From: a virus
Reading direction: 5' to 3' (one strand)
Virus record (IMG/VR): IMGVR_UViG_3300027742_000001
Location: 27,914-91,913 of that record
DNA length: 64,000 bases
Positions within the stretch are counted from its first letter, which is position 1, and each line of letters begins with the position of its first letter. Position numbers and translations under genes: made by a program. The notes beneath the pieces were generated by a model. The model saw nothing but the letters and a program-made list of their open reading frames with translations. It ran no database searches and had not been told where the DNA came from. This document shows, in pieces, positions 20,101-28,906 of this stretch.

Positions 20101-21515
20101 TATTGCCCTAATTGTAAGGTTTCGTTTGAAAATATAGAACTTACATTAGGCTCTATACTAAAACTTATTGCTGAAGTTGAATTTCCTGAGTAGCTTAAAA
20201 CTTCAGAATCCCCTATAAATATAGTTCTATAACTAATTCTATTTTCACTTTGTAACTCACCTTCAGTATATATAGGTTGATACTCACAGGTATCGTCTGT
20301 ACCACACATATTTGGAGTAGGGTTACTTATAGGAAAGGTGGAAGAATTATACTCTTTCCAATCTGTCCAATAAGAAATATATCTTGAGTTCCAATATGTA
20401 TCTGTTGCATCCCTCTCATATATAGGATAACTAACAAAAACACTATATTGTTTTTGATATTTAGGTTCTTTAATATAAGTCCACTCAGTTTCTCCAACTA
20501 ATCTATATCCTATACTATAATTTACTGAGTAAGTATTATAATTACCATTTGTAGTACTATAACTATAGAGACCATTTGGAAAAGAAAAATGTAATTTAAA
20601 GCTATCAATATTATCTGATTCAGTAGTAAATATATAAGGTTCATTATAATCTAAATTTCTGATAATATTCCCATTATTAAAAGTTGTATCATCAAATCCA
20701 TTCATAACTTCTTGTTCAAAAGTACCCCTAACTTGTTTAAAATATCCATCGCTTGTATCACTAATAAAACTATTATAAGGTTGCCCATTTACATAAATAT
20801 CAGCAGAATTTATTTCCTCAATTTCTCCGTAACATAAAGCTATTTGTAAAGATAACCAATCATCACTATTCTCATAATATTGTGATTTATTAATTTCTGT
20901 CCCACCTAGAACATGAGTACCATATAATACTGGTGTAGGTGAATTTACATCTCTATTAGTAGATATTCCGTCCCAAGAATATGTTTTAGAATCTGTCATA
21001 TTATTAGACATATTTGCATCAGCATTTGGGTCACTTGGTGCTAACATTCTACTTATTAGCATCATACCACCAACAACAACTGCAAAAGCTACTACATAAG
21101 CTAAAGCTATGGCAATAGCTGAGGTTGCGGCGAAATAAGATATAATAGCACTAGCAATATACCCTACTGCCTCCCACTCTTGGTAAGGAAAATAAACTAT
21201 AATATCTTTTTCTTGAACAATAATACTTTCTTGTTCTTCTTTTTCTTTAATAAGTTTACCATTATAAATAATACAATAATTAGTTTCATCATATTCACTT
21301 GTCTGAACATATTCTATTAAAGGTTTCCCATGTAAAGCTGTTCTTTTTTTATTTATACTTAGTTTAAATGGATTAGGAATTTCTGTTATAAAAACTGTAC
21401 CAAAAGAAACTTTGTTAATATTTAAGTTTTTAATACTTTCTTTATAAGTATCTCTTATTTCAACAAAAGCTATTGAAGAAGGTACTACTTGTTTAGCTTC
21501 TTTGTCTTTACTCAT
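17133..21515 (-). CDS. tail tip / central fiber protein (lambda gpI-gpJ-like, TipJ)
   Basis: TYSWDG..PTPVLYGT..GGT, ALCYGEI, NNPAWVCYDILT..YG, LNFNG.FD, CEVGDIV, fibronectin-like C-terminal region. Confidence 0.9.
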   Translation of the reverse strand: MSKDKEAKQVVPSSIAFVEIRDTYKESIKNLNINKVSFGTVFITEIPNPFKLSINKKRTALHGKPLIEYVQTSEYDETNYCIIYNGKLIKEKEEQESIIVQEKDIIVYFPYQEWEAVGYIASAIISYFAATSAIAIALAYVVAFAVVVGGMMLISRMLAPSDPNADANMSNNMTDSKTYSWDGISTNRDVNSPTPVLYGTHVLGGTEINKSQYYENSDDWLSLQIALCYGEIEEINSADIYVNGQPYNSFISDTSDGYFKQVRGTFEQEVMNGFDDTTFNNGNIIRNLDYNEPYIFTTESDNIDSFKLHFSFPNGLYSYSTTNGNYNTYSVNYSIGYRLVGETEWTYIKEPKYQKQYSVFVSYPIYERDATDTYWNSRYISYWTDWKEYNSSTFPISNPTPNMCGTDDTCEYQPIYTEGELQSENRISYRTIFIGDSEVLSYSGNSTSAISFSIEPNVSSIFSNETLQLGQYEVKVTRLSSIPSSIYIKSTMQVSFIEEINTTDINYGGIAQLGLKLKATEHIEGSIPTITTKVTRKDLTLYTNDIYTESITARNNNPAWVCYDILTNPFYGAKIKPSQIDYDRFVEWASFCDLEHIREETIISSDETFSTDRLTYNSSENILKVYKSEIIQEITSIEVSTYNRGLSQITLTKDDGELYSYNGLIDITDSVDVGGEFYLFTFEDYNSDFNDTNITNIYFLLDFASIDFITLTELGHPLQLNFNGTFDTLTNPWDACQKVGKLGRGQILLRGNKYTCVFDGIQTITNMFNVGDIKKESFQISYTPLSDLATELEIQYPDEDIRNELNAVTILDKDLNDTKVTPKTSTVDAVGITTKAEAIVFGRYMLATTKYQRRTVTWESDIKGVTCEVGDIVAIQNDVPLWGNGGRIQEVDTSEVTLEEPVTLTSDKVYVLKIQSQDNTFTDYYIEDTDLTDTYTIPLPNTSDIEVYNSYIFGENNNEALLVRLTEVKRTGKELSTKFTGTDYNPSILDFNYNNDLITSITPSLEVANELLTFNISEDVNISSAGIPNITLTFTWTAITTSTYNIYAIPDFVSEDETPLPNIPDNRIYLGKNVKGSSYISENTGLIENRYRIFIQEIGNPSNFIEQSYTVSGNDILPPDVDIFTISGRPNEVKTLVFDIINKPPDLSGYIIKYQVGDSLNWNTATKIHEGILKTSPYKADITKVQGQYNLLIKAVDVYGNESLNVKYIKFNQGETLIDNLIYEKDYHAEGFIGEIYGGVVQPNNDLLAEASTAYFYYNLDSDIFYDKNNGENFYQGLFEPMYYIGSFIPDGSGTALIEYSGTASQKIEYREYYPLSMYTNDVFNFYGSDSDMMYEESGWNLYTGGFPVQYTRQYEVRVSYIEGTVRPSITALKIIVDVEDIDESLEDINILIGGTTINTKYITNLKNVVATLQSFIGSTATRVEVISKTNTSATLKCFDDLGSEVEGLVDIRLKGYINN

Positions 21516-21526
21516 ATAATTCCTTT

Positions 21527-21955
21527 CTATGTTTCTTTTGGTAAGTAAAACCCTACAATTTTATTTTTATAAACTCTATCAATAACTCTTGTTACCTGAA
21601 CACCATAATCTTTAGTCATATGTATAAAGCTATTTTTATCAAGCATATACCCTACATGACCTATTACCCCAAAAGGGTTTTTCATTAAGACTAAAGTATC
21701 TTTATCTTTTTTAACTTCTTCAAATAAATCAAAGTGTTCCTTAACTTTAAATAAAGAGGAACTTTCTTCTAAAGTAATCCCAACATGATTTATATTAGGT
21801 ATTTTTATACCTCTTCTTTTTCCCATTTCTATTATAAAGGTCATACAATCAAAACCTTCTTCAATACTTGTCCCATTAAATTTAAACTTACAACTAAGTA
21901 AATCTAAATAATCTAATTCTTGTTTTTTTTGCTTTTCTTGTTTTTTATTTAACAT
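21527..21955 (-). CDS. NlpC/P60 tail tip protein (gpK-like)
   Basis: GFDCMTF catalytic Cys, GHVGYM..FIH. Confidence 0.85.
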   Translation of the reverse strand: MLNKKQEKQKKQELDYLDLLSCKFKFNGTSIEEGFDCMTFIIEMGKRRGIKIPNINHVGITLEESSSLFKVKEHFDLFEEVKKDKDTLVLMKNPFGVIGHVGYMLDKNSFIHMTKDYGVQVTRVIDRVYKNKIVGFYLPKET

Positions 21956-21976
21956 ATATTCCCTTTTGTATTAAAT

Positions 21977-22672
21977 TTAAACCTTTATAATAGCTCTTCT
22001 TGCAAGTCCTTGATAAGCTAGAAAGGGTAACCCTACTTTCTTACCTTCATCGTTTAATCTAGTTTCACTAAATCTTGCTTGACAATCTTCTAAAGTTTTA
22101 TTACAGTAATCAAAATCTGTACCTTCTTTACCCTTTGTAGAATAAGGGCATCCCGTAAATTCATTATCAAATGTTCTTTGACAAGTTGCTGGATTATATT
22201 TCAAAGCAGGAAATTGTGTTCGCATTGGATTTTGACCGACACTTAAATTAAATGTTACAAAGTTATGAGTTGTAATAACATCCATAACAATCATTTCTTC
22301 ATAAAGAGTATCTTCAGGGTCTAATGTAGGAGAGGAACCTAAGTGATTTTCGTGTACAACTCTTATACCAATAACCCACTCACTCCCAAAGTTATCATCA
22401 GCTTCAACTAATTGACCAATTATTCTATCAACATTTTGTACTTTAAGAGGTACTTTAGGTAATGTTCCAGTAGTTGCTTGTGGAATTTCTCCTATCTCAA
22501 CATTTGTCATAGAGTAAACTTCTCCATTAAATGTTACATCTTCTGTATTAACACATAAGTTTGATATTAGATTTCCACTTGGGTCTTTTATTGTAAGTAA
22601 TGTTATCCAAGCTTTATCTTGAAAGAATTTATTAATCTCTTCTTGTGTTTCATCTGTTAAATCTATTGCCAT
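21977..22672 (-). CDS. tail tip protein L-like (Cys cluster)
   Basis: NTEDVTFNGEVY, LKVQNVDR, four C-terminal Cys (C..CPY..CNKTLEDC). Confidence 0.8.
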   Translation of the reverse strand: MAIDLTDETQEEINKFFQDKAWITLLTIKDPSGNLISNLCVNTEDVTFNGEVYSMTNVEIGEIPQATTGTLPKVPLKVQNVDRIIGQLVEADDNFGSEWVIGIRVVHENHLGSSPTLDPEDTLYEEMIVMDVITTHNFVTFNLSVGQNPMRTQFPALKYNPATCQRTFDNEFTGCPYSTKGKEGTDFDYCNKTLEDCQARFSETRLNDEGKKVGLPFLAYQGLARRAIIKV

Positions 22673-23056
22673 TTATATCTCCTCTAATACCATTGAGATA
22701 TTCTTTATGAAAGGTTTACTTCCGTCTTGTTCTACTGTAATTGGCTCTTTAAATCTTACTGCATATTGCAGAAAATCTCCAAGAAGGTCTTTATCAGTAG
22801 GGTGTGTCCAAGTAAAAGGTGTATACATTTGAACATCATTATAAAAATCCTCTAAAACACTTGCTTCTGTAAAAGTCCTTAAAGGAAAATCTAAATTAAA
22901 AGTTTTTCTTGTTTTTGTACTCCAAGGTCTAACTTTAACTGTACCATTTTGCATATCTGTTCGTATGCTATTATCTTCCCTTTCAACATCTAGGGAAGAG
23001 GGATAATTACAATCTTCATATGAAGGAAACTCTAAAACTGGTAATGCCATATACAC
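22673..23056 (-). CDS. distal tail protein (gpM-like)
   Basis: IRTDMQNGTVKVRP...FY...PFTWTHP...VRF; position after the tape measure gene. Confidence 0.8.
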   Translation of the reverse strand: MYMALPVLEFPSYEDCNYPSSLDVEREDNSIRTDMQNGTVKVRPWSTKTRKTFNLDFPLRTFTEASVLEDFYNDVQMYTPFTWTHPTDKDLLGDFLQYAVRFKEPITVEQDGSKPFIKNISMVLEEI

Positions 23057-23070
23057 CCTCCTTTCTTATT

Positions 23071-26000
23071 TTAATATAAACTTCTTATTCTTGAATCTTC
23101 GTTTTTAGCTCTTAACATAATATTAATTACTTTTTCGTATTCATCATTTTCATTATTCTTAGTAAGCTCTTCAATCATATCTGCTTCAATAGGTGTTCCC
23201 GTACTATTTTCAATATTAATTGTTGTAGGGGTATTTACAATAGTTGCTCCTGTAACACCCATTTGAGGAACTGTTCCATTTTTATTAATATAATCAAGCA
23301 TTGGTCTTGTATCAGAATTAACGGAGTCTTTTTTAGTGAAATATTCTCCTCCCATTGCAAATACATGGGAGCCACTAGCAGAGCCTAAATATAAATCATC
23401 CCTAACACCTGAACCTCCACTAAGTATTCCTCCATTAGCAAATTTCTTAGTAGATAAAAATCCTCCATTTGCTTTAGCAGTTATTGGTAATTCTCCCCCC
23501 TCACTAAATCCAAATAAACTTCCTATTCCTGAAACAGCTTGTTTAACAATTAATGTTCTAATAAGTTCTTGGTAAATAGATTTAATAACACCTTTTGCTA
23601 GGGTTTCTAAATCCCCGAACCCCTCAGAAGTAACATCAAAGAAATCCATCATACCATTCTCTAATGATTGAAGTCCTACATTACCTACTTGTTCAAGGGC
23701 TTCATTTAAGGTAGGAACTTCTTTAGCATAATCTGTAAAGGCTTTATTTAATCCTTGATATGCTTTCTCTTGTGCTATAATATTTTCTAAAGCTTTTGTT
23801 TGATTTTGTTGTTCTTCTTCTGATAACTTTTGAAAGTCTTTTGAAGCTCTTAAATCTCTTAAAGCTTTCTCTGAAGCTAGTTCTTCTTTCTTCTTACCAA
23901 TTAATTCATCTACTCTTATTTGTTGAGTCTTTATTTTATTCTCAACTCTACCATAAGCTAAATCAATAGCATTTGCTTCTTTAGTTTGTGCTTTTTGGTA
24001 TTCATTTCCTAATTTTAATAATTTAGTTATTGCTAATTGTTTTGCTTCTTCTGAAACTAACTTAGCATAGTTTTCCCCTCTAACATTTAATTCTAATAAA
24101 AGTAAATCTGAGGTTTCTCTATTAAGAGAGTTTATCTTAGCTTGTTCAACAAGTTGTGTTATCATTTTATTTGTTTTAGAATCTTGTTGTTTAAGTTGTT
24201 TTTCTGTTTCTGAGGTTTGAGCTTTTTGTTTGGTTTCTATCTTCTCTTGTGATTTTAAGATAGAATTTTGAGCTTCATTTATTCTAGTTAATTGTTCAAA
24301 GGCTTTTGTATATGCGTTAACTTGTAAATCAATATTTAAAACCTCTTGTTTTGATTTACCTTCTTTACTTTGTTGTAACTTATAAATTTCTTCTTGAATT
24401 CTAATAGCCTCAGAAGATACATCCCCAAAGGTAGTAACTCCTGATAAATCTAATTTAATACCACTTGCTTCTAAGTCACTTTGAATTTTAGTTACAAATG
24501 TAGGTATCTCTTTTTGTATTCTATTAAGTCTATCTAAGTTTAAACCTTTTAGAATATCTAAGTCTTTACCTTTTGCTATATCAACACTTTTGTTTATTTT
24601 AGTTATAGAAGCATTTACATTGTCTAAATCTGCTGAACTAAAAAACTTTAAAGTATTTTTAAAAGGGATAGTTTCCAAATCCCCTAAACTACCTTTTAAA
24701 GATTTAATATTGTTTTCATAAGTTATTATTAGATTATTAATACTTTCCCATTGTTTAGAACCCTCTTTAATAGAATCACTATTTAGTAACTCTTTGTTCT
24801 TTTCAATAAGGGCTGTATAACTTTTTATCTGAGAATCAACTTGATTTTTGTTTAATGAACTTAGAATATTTGATTTATTCTTTGTTATATCTTGATTTAA
24901 AGTATTAGTTTTTTTAAGTAATTCATTAATTTTTGAAATACTAGCATAATCATTGTCATCTTTAGCTTGAGTCTTTAATGTATATAAAGTAGTTCTTATT
25001 AAGTCTAATCTATTAGTAACTTCTTCAAATTCCTTTGTATCACCTAATCCCTTTTTGAACTTATTAAAAGAAGTTGAGGTTGTATCAATAGCATTTGTAA
25101 GAGTACTTAATTGAACATCTTTACTAACAGCTACTCCAAAGAATTTAAACTCATCAACAGTATTATTCATAGCTCTTGCTAATTCTGTTGCTTTATCAAT
25201 GAAAGGGTCAAAAACACTTTGAGCAATACCTTTAGCATTTTCTCCAAATTTAGCCCATGTCTTTCTATAATCTTCTGTAATATTTTTAGCTTTATCTAGT
25301 TCCTCAGAAGTAACATTTAAACTTTCTCTTAAGTTTACTTGTATCTCACCAGCATTATTTTGAATAGCTTGTAAAACATTCTTTGTAAGAACTTCTACTC
25401 CACTTAATGCTTCATTATAACTTTCTCTATTAAAACTTTTTATTTTCTCTAAGAATTCTAATAAGGCTTTATTACTTTCTTCTCCACCTTGAGATATTCT
25501 TTTAGCTAAATTTGCTTGATTAACTCCAATAGTTTCAAAATACTTTTGAACAGCCCCACTATTACTACTTAAGGCTATTGTAAGTTTTCTAATTTGTGTA
25601 CCTATTGTTGATGCATTAAAGGATGCATTTGATAATGCACTTGCTAAACCATTTACAGCATCAATAGTTAATCCAGTAGCTTTTGCAGAGGCTAAGGCAA
25701 AGTTGGCAAAGGTATTAATATCTTGTGTACCTAATCTAGATTTATTTGCTAAGTATGCTAATTTAGCACCTAATTCATCAACACTTGATATAACTTGTCC
25801 AAATTGGTCTTTTCCAAATACTTGTACGAAAGAGATAATAGAACTAGCTGATTGCTCAATAGAATCCCCTGTCAATAATGCTAATTTAATAACTACCTCA
25901 GAAGCTTCTGCTACTTGTTCTAATGCTAAACCAGCTCTTGATAGTTCTAATGCAACTTTATTAATATCTCCGAGTTGTTCACCATAAGTTTTTCCTAGTT

Positions 26001-26832
26001 CAGCTAAATTACCTTCTAGTCTTTCGGCACTAGCTGAAGATATATCTAGAATAGTTTCTAATCTTTTTATTCCCGATTCATATTCTAAGGTATACTCTAT
26101 ACCAGCCCTCATTGATTGAGTAACTCCAGCAATAGTAGCAAATAAAGCAGTATATCCTAAACTTCTTCCTACAATTCCTTTTGCTAATCCACTTAAAGGA
26201 ATATCACTTAATTCAGCTTTTGTATCGGCTACTTGATTTTTTAATTGTTGATACTTGGCTTTTGCTGAGTCTATTGTTTTTAAATCAGATGATGTTAAGT
26301 TAACTATACCTTTTGAGCTTAGTGTTCCAATAATTTCTTGTTGTTTTCTAATCTCAGACATTTGAGAAGAAAGCTTACTTAATCCACTACTTGAACCAAT
26401 AGTTTTGTAATGACCTTGTAATGTTTGAGCTTCTCTATTTAGAGCATTAAATTTATCTTGTATTTTGCTAAGTTCAGTTGATTGTGATTGTAATCCCGTA
26501 GTAGTTTTTAAATTAAGACTATTTACATCTTTTACATATTGTTTTATTTGAGTATATTGTTTTACACTATTTGCTAGTTGTTCGTTATTCTTTATTGTTC
26601 CTGTTATATCACCACTTTTATACTTCGATATATCTGAACTAATTTGTTTTAGAATATTACTCTTTCTAATTAAATCTTCATAAACTCCACTTTCTTTACT
26701 TAATGAAGCTAATGTTTTCTCTGTTTCAGTAGTTAGTGAGGTTATGTTCTTTTCTAATTTAGTTAACCCACTTTGAATGTCATTAACATTAAGTTTTATT
26801 ATGGTTTCTATTACTTGTTCTTCACTTGGCAT
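23071..26832 (-). CDS. tape measure protein
   Basis: 1253-aa helical protein with TP901-type core (ELSRAGL, ASTIGTQIR) and C-terminal FANGG...GVRDD..GGEY motifs. Confidence 0.93.
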   Translation of the reverse strand: MPSEEQVIETIIKLNVNDIQSGLTKLEKNITSLTTETEKTLASLSKESGVYEDLIRKSNILKQISSDISKYKSGDITGTIKNNEQLANSVKQYTQIKQYVKDVNSLNLKTTTGLQSQSTELSKIQDKFNALNREAQTLQGHYKTIGSSSGLSKLSSQMSEIRKQQEIIGTLSSKGIVNLTSSDLKTIDSAKAKYQQLKNQVADTKAELSDIPLSGLAKGIVGRSLGYTALFATIAGVTQSMRAGIEYTLEYESGIKRLETILDISSASAERLEGNLAELGKTYGEQLGDINKVALELSRAGLALEQVAEASEVVIKLALLTGDSIEQSASSIISFVQVFGKDQFGQVISSVDELGAKLAYLANKSRLGTQDINTFANFALASAKATGLTIDAVNGLASALSNASFNASTIGTQIRKLTIALSSNSGAVQKYFETIGVNQANLAKRISQGGEESNKALLEFLEKIKSFNRESYNEALSGVEVLTKNVLQAIQNNAGEIQVNLRESLNVTSEELDKAKNITEDYRKTWAKFGENAKGIAQSVFDPFIDKATELARAMNNTVDEFKFFGVAVSKDVQLSTLTNAIDTTSTSFNKFKKGLGDTKEFEEVTNRLDLIRTTLYTLKTQAKDDNDYASISKINELLKKTNTLNQDITKNKSNILSSLNKNQVDSQIKSYTALIEKNKELLNSDSIKEGSKQWESINNLIITYENNIKSLKGSLGDLETIPFKNTLKFFSSADLDNVNASITKINKSVDIAKGKDLDILKGLNLDRLNRIQKEIPTFVTKIQSDLEASGIKLDLSGVTTFGDVSSEAIRIQEEIYKLQQSKEGKSKQEVLNIDLQVNAYTKAFEQLTRINEAQNSILKSQEKIETKQKAQTSETEKQLKQQDSKTNKMITQLVEQAKINSLNRETSDLLLLELNVRGENYAKLVSEEAKQLAITKLLKLGNEYQKAQTKEANAIDLAYGRVENKIKTQQIRVDELIGKKKEELASEKALRDLRASKDFQKLSEEEQQNQTKALENIIAQEKAYQGLNKAFTDYAKEVPTLNEALEQVGNVGLQSLENGMMDFFDVTSEGFGDLETLAKGVIKSIYQELIRTLIVKQAVSGIGSLFGFSEGGELPITAKANGGFLSTKKFANGGILSGGSGVRDDLYLGSASGSHVFAMGGEYFTKKDSVNSDTRPMLDYINKNGTVPQMGVTGATIVNTPTTINIENSTGTPIEADMIEELTKNNENDEYEKVINIMLRAKNEDSRIRSLY

Positions 26833-27068
26833 TAAATACTCCTAAAATATCTTTTGTATTCATATTATTAATAAAACTAAATTCTGTATTTAACTTAATT
26901 AATAATATTACCTTAACTTGTTCCAAGAGGATTATACCTCTTGAACACCTTTTATAATAGTTTTCATATTACCACTCCATTCCACTTATAACACCATACA
27001 TAGTAATACCTCCTTTTAGTTTGAAGTAATATTATATCAAAATAAACCTTAATAATAAGTTAAATAAA

Positions 27069-27422
27069 TTATTTATCCATTCTTTCTCTCTCAGATTTCT
27101 TTATTGCACTTTTTACTAATTTAGAAGCCACAATGAAAAAGTTAGATTGGTCTAATATTGTACCTTTATTCGGTAAATAACCCTCTGAATAATACTCATA
27201 AGATTCATAAGCTTCGTTGAGGTATTCCCAATTAATATTACTTAAAGGGCAACCCTCAAATTCATATTCATCAATAGTAAACTTCTGAGAAGGTAAATGT
27301 TTACTTCTTTTTATTGTACAATCTTTCTTTCTACAATCCCTTGCAATTTTATCCCTATCAGTACAACTTGAGCAGTCGAACTCTTTAAATTTATCATCAA
27401 ATTGTACTGCTAAGGCTTTTTT
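27069..27422 (-). CDS. tail assembly chaperone T segment (GT, expressed by -1 frameshift)
   Basis: The -1 frame is open from the slippery site to TAA at 27069-27071 (ALAVQFDD...CSSC...GCP...GYLPNKGTILDQ...MDK) and has no start of its own. Confidence 0.85.
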   Translation of the reverse strand, partial: KKALAVQFDDKFKEFDCSSCTDRDKIARDCRKKDCTIKRSKHLPSQKFTIDEYEFEGCPLSNINWEYLNEAYESYEYYSEGYLPNKGTILDQSNFFIVASKLVKSAIKKSERERMDK

Positions 27423-27799
27423 AAACTTTCTATATCTTTACCTTTTAACATTGAAGTTACTCTGATAGAACTTGCTAAATCAGAAATCCAATCTAAAGGT
27501 AATATATCCATAAATTTATCATCAATATCTTCTTCTTTAATTGTTTTAATTGAGTTATCTATTTCAATGTTTTCTACTCTAACAAGTTTTGCTTTAGACA
27601 TATCATAATCAACTATTCCTTGTTCAGAAATTAATTTACCTTCTTCATTTTTAAATAACTGTGAATTATACTTTTCAAATTCCCTATTAGATAGTGCTTT
27701 ATAATAAAACTTAGTAGGTTTTTCTTCATCAATTTCCTCAGTAGGAATCCACTCGAACTCTTTCTCTAAGTCTAGTGTCACTAATTTTCTCTTTGCCAT
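27410..27799 (-). CDS. tail assembly chaperone G
   Basis: Lies between tail tube and tape measure; ends in the slippery T TTA AAA AAG. Confidence 0.85.
   Translation of the reverse strand: MAKRKLVTLDLEKEFEWIPTEEIDEEKPTKFYYKALSNREFEKYNSQLFKNEEGKLISEQGIVDYDMSKAKLVRVENIEIDNSIKTIKEEDIDDKFMDILPLDWISDLASSIRVTSMLKGKDIESLKKP
27416..27425 (-). other. programmed -1 ribosomal frameshift site
   Basis: Minus strand TTTAAAAAAG contains the A AAA AAG heptamer just before the G stop codon. Confidence 0.85.
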
Positions 27800-27816
27800 A
27801 TTTTTCCCTTTCTTTT

Positions 27817-28761
27817 TTAATTTAATTTATCTATGTTAAAAACATCTTTGTTAAATACTTCTGTATTGCCATTTGGTAAAAAACATTCTTTTCTTTTTAC
27901 CTTATATTCTTTATAAAGATTTAAGTACCTTAGTTCTTCTTTGTAAGCATCTTCCCCTTTTAAGTATTTAGTAGATAGTAGTAAAAGAGGCTCATGCTCT
28001 CTAAACTCCTTAGCTCTAAATCTTTCTTTAATAGTGTTATCTTTAGTCGTTATTCCTATCTTGTAATAGTATTTCCCTTTATTTGTAAATCTGATATAAT
28101 ATAACCAAGTTGGTTTATCATAATAAGCTATAAATGTATTATCTGAGCTTCCCCTTTTCTCTTGTTTACATTCCTTACAAGATATATGTCCTTTATATAA
28201 ATGACTGATATGGCAGTCAAATATTGTATTATGCTCTAAACATTTTACACTATGTCTTCTTAATATTCTATCATGTTTTAATACTTCAAATTTATTAGGA
28301 AAAATAGAATCTACTTTATTTTGATAATATTCAAGGTCTTTTATTTGTTTATCTGAAGCATTTTTAGAGGCACACTCTTTACAAGTATGCTTACCTTGTA
28401 ATACTTCATAAGCGATTTGTTCAAACCATTTATTATGAATATTACATTTTAAGGTTACTTTATCATCTATTGTTTTATAGACTACTTTAGATAAATCTAA
28501 TTTGTCACCCCATACCTCTTTAACTTTTTCTAAAAATCCTTTAGTAGTATGTTTATGTATCCTACCTTCACATTGAGGACACTTATTACTTCTTTTATAG
28601 TTACCAAGTGTTCTATAAAACACATGATTACAATTTTTACAAGTAAATTTTATATTACTTTTAGCATTTTTATAATCTTTTTCATCAAAATAGAACTTAC
28701 CATTTACAAGTTGAATCAATAACTTCTTAGTTTGTTCTACAGTTCTTTTCTTTTTTATCAT
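27817..28761 (-). CDS. putative homing endonuclease: repeated zinc-ribbon units plus C-terminal GIY-YIG/T5orf172-like domain
   Basis: Three CxxC/CxxH...CxxC repeats; LYYIRF...YYKIGIT...ERF...NGNTEVF. Confidence 0.75.
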   Translation of the reverse strand: MIKKKRTVEQTKKLLIQLVNGKFYFDEKDYKNAKSNIKFTCKNCNHVFYRTLGNYKRSNKCPQCEGRIHKHTTKGFLEKVKEVWGDKLDLSKVVYKTIDDKVTLKCNIHNKWFEQIAYEVLQGKHTCKECASKNASDKQIKDLEYYQNKVDSIFPNKFEVLKHDRILRRHSVKCLEHNTIFDCHISHLYKGHISCKECKQEKRGSSDNTFIAYYDKPTWLYYIRFTNKGKYYYKIGITTKDNTIKERFRAKEFREHEPLLLLSTKYLKGEDAYKEELRYLNLYKEYKVKRKECFLPNGNTEVFNKDVFNIDKLN

Positions 28762-28776
28762 CCATTAGCCTTTCTT

Positions 28777-28866
28777 ACTAAGTGTCAGCTTAGTTTATTA
28801 ATTTAAAGTAAGACCTCCTCTGACACAAAGTAGGCTATACTTTAGGAGGTCTTACTTTAAATTAAT
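28777..28866 (-). promoter_or_regulatory. structured 5' leader of the endonuclease gene
   Basis: Perfect 23-bp inverted repeat (28797-28819 / 28844-28866) plus a 6-bp hairpin (28777-28794) with complementary loops; -10 TATAAT at 28869-28874. Confidence 0.7.
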
Positions 28867-28906
28867 CTATTATATCTAAAGAGAAAGAACCTAGAAGAAT
28901 TAACTT

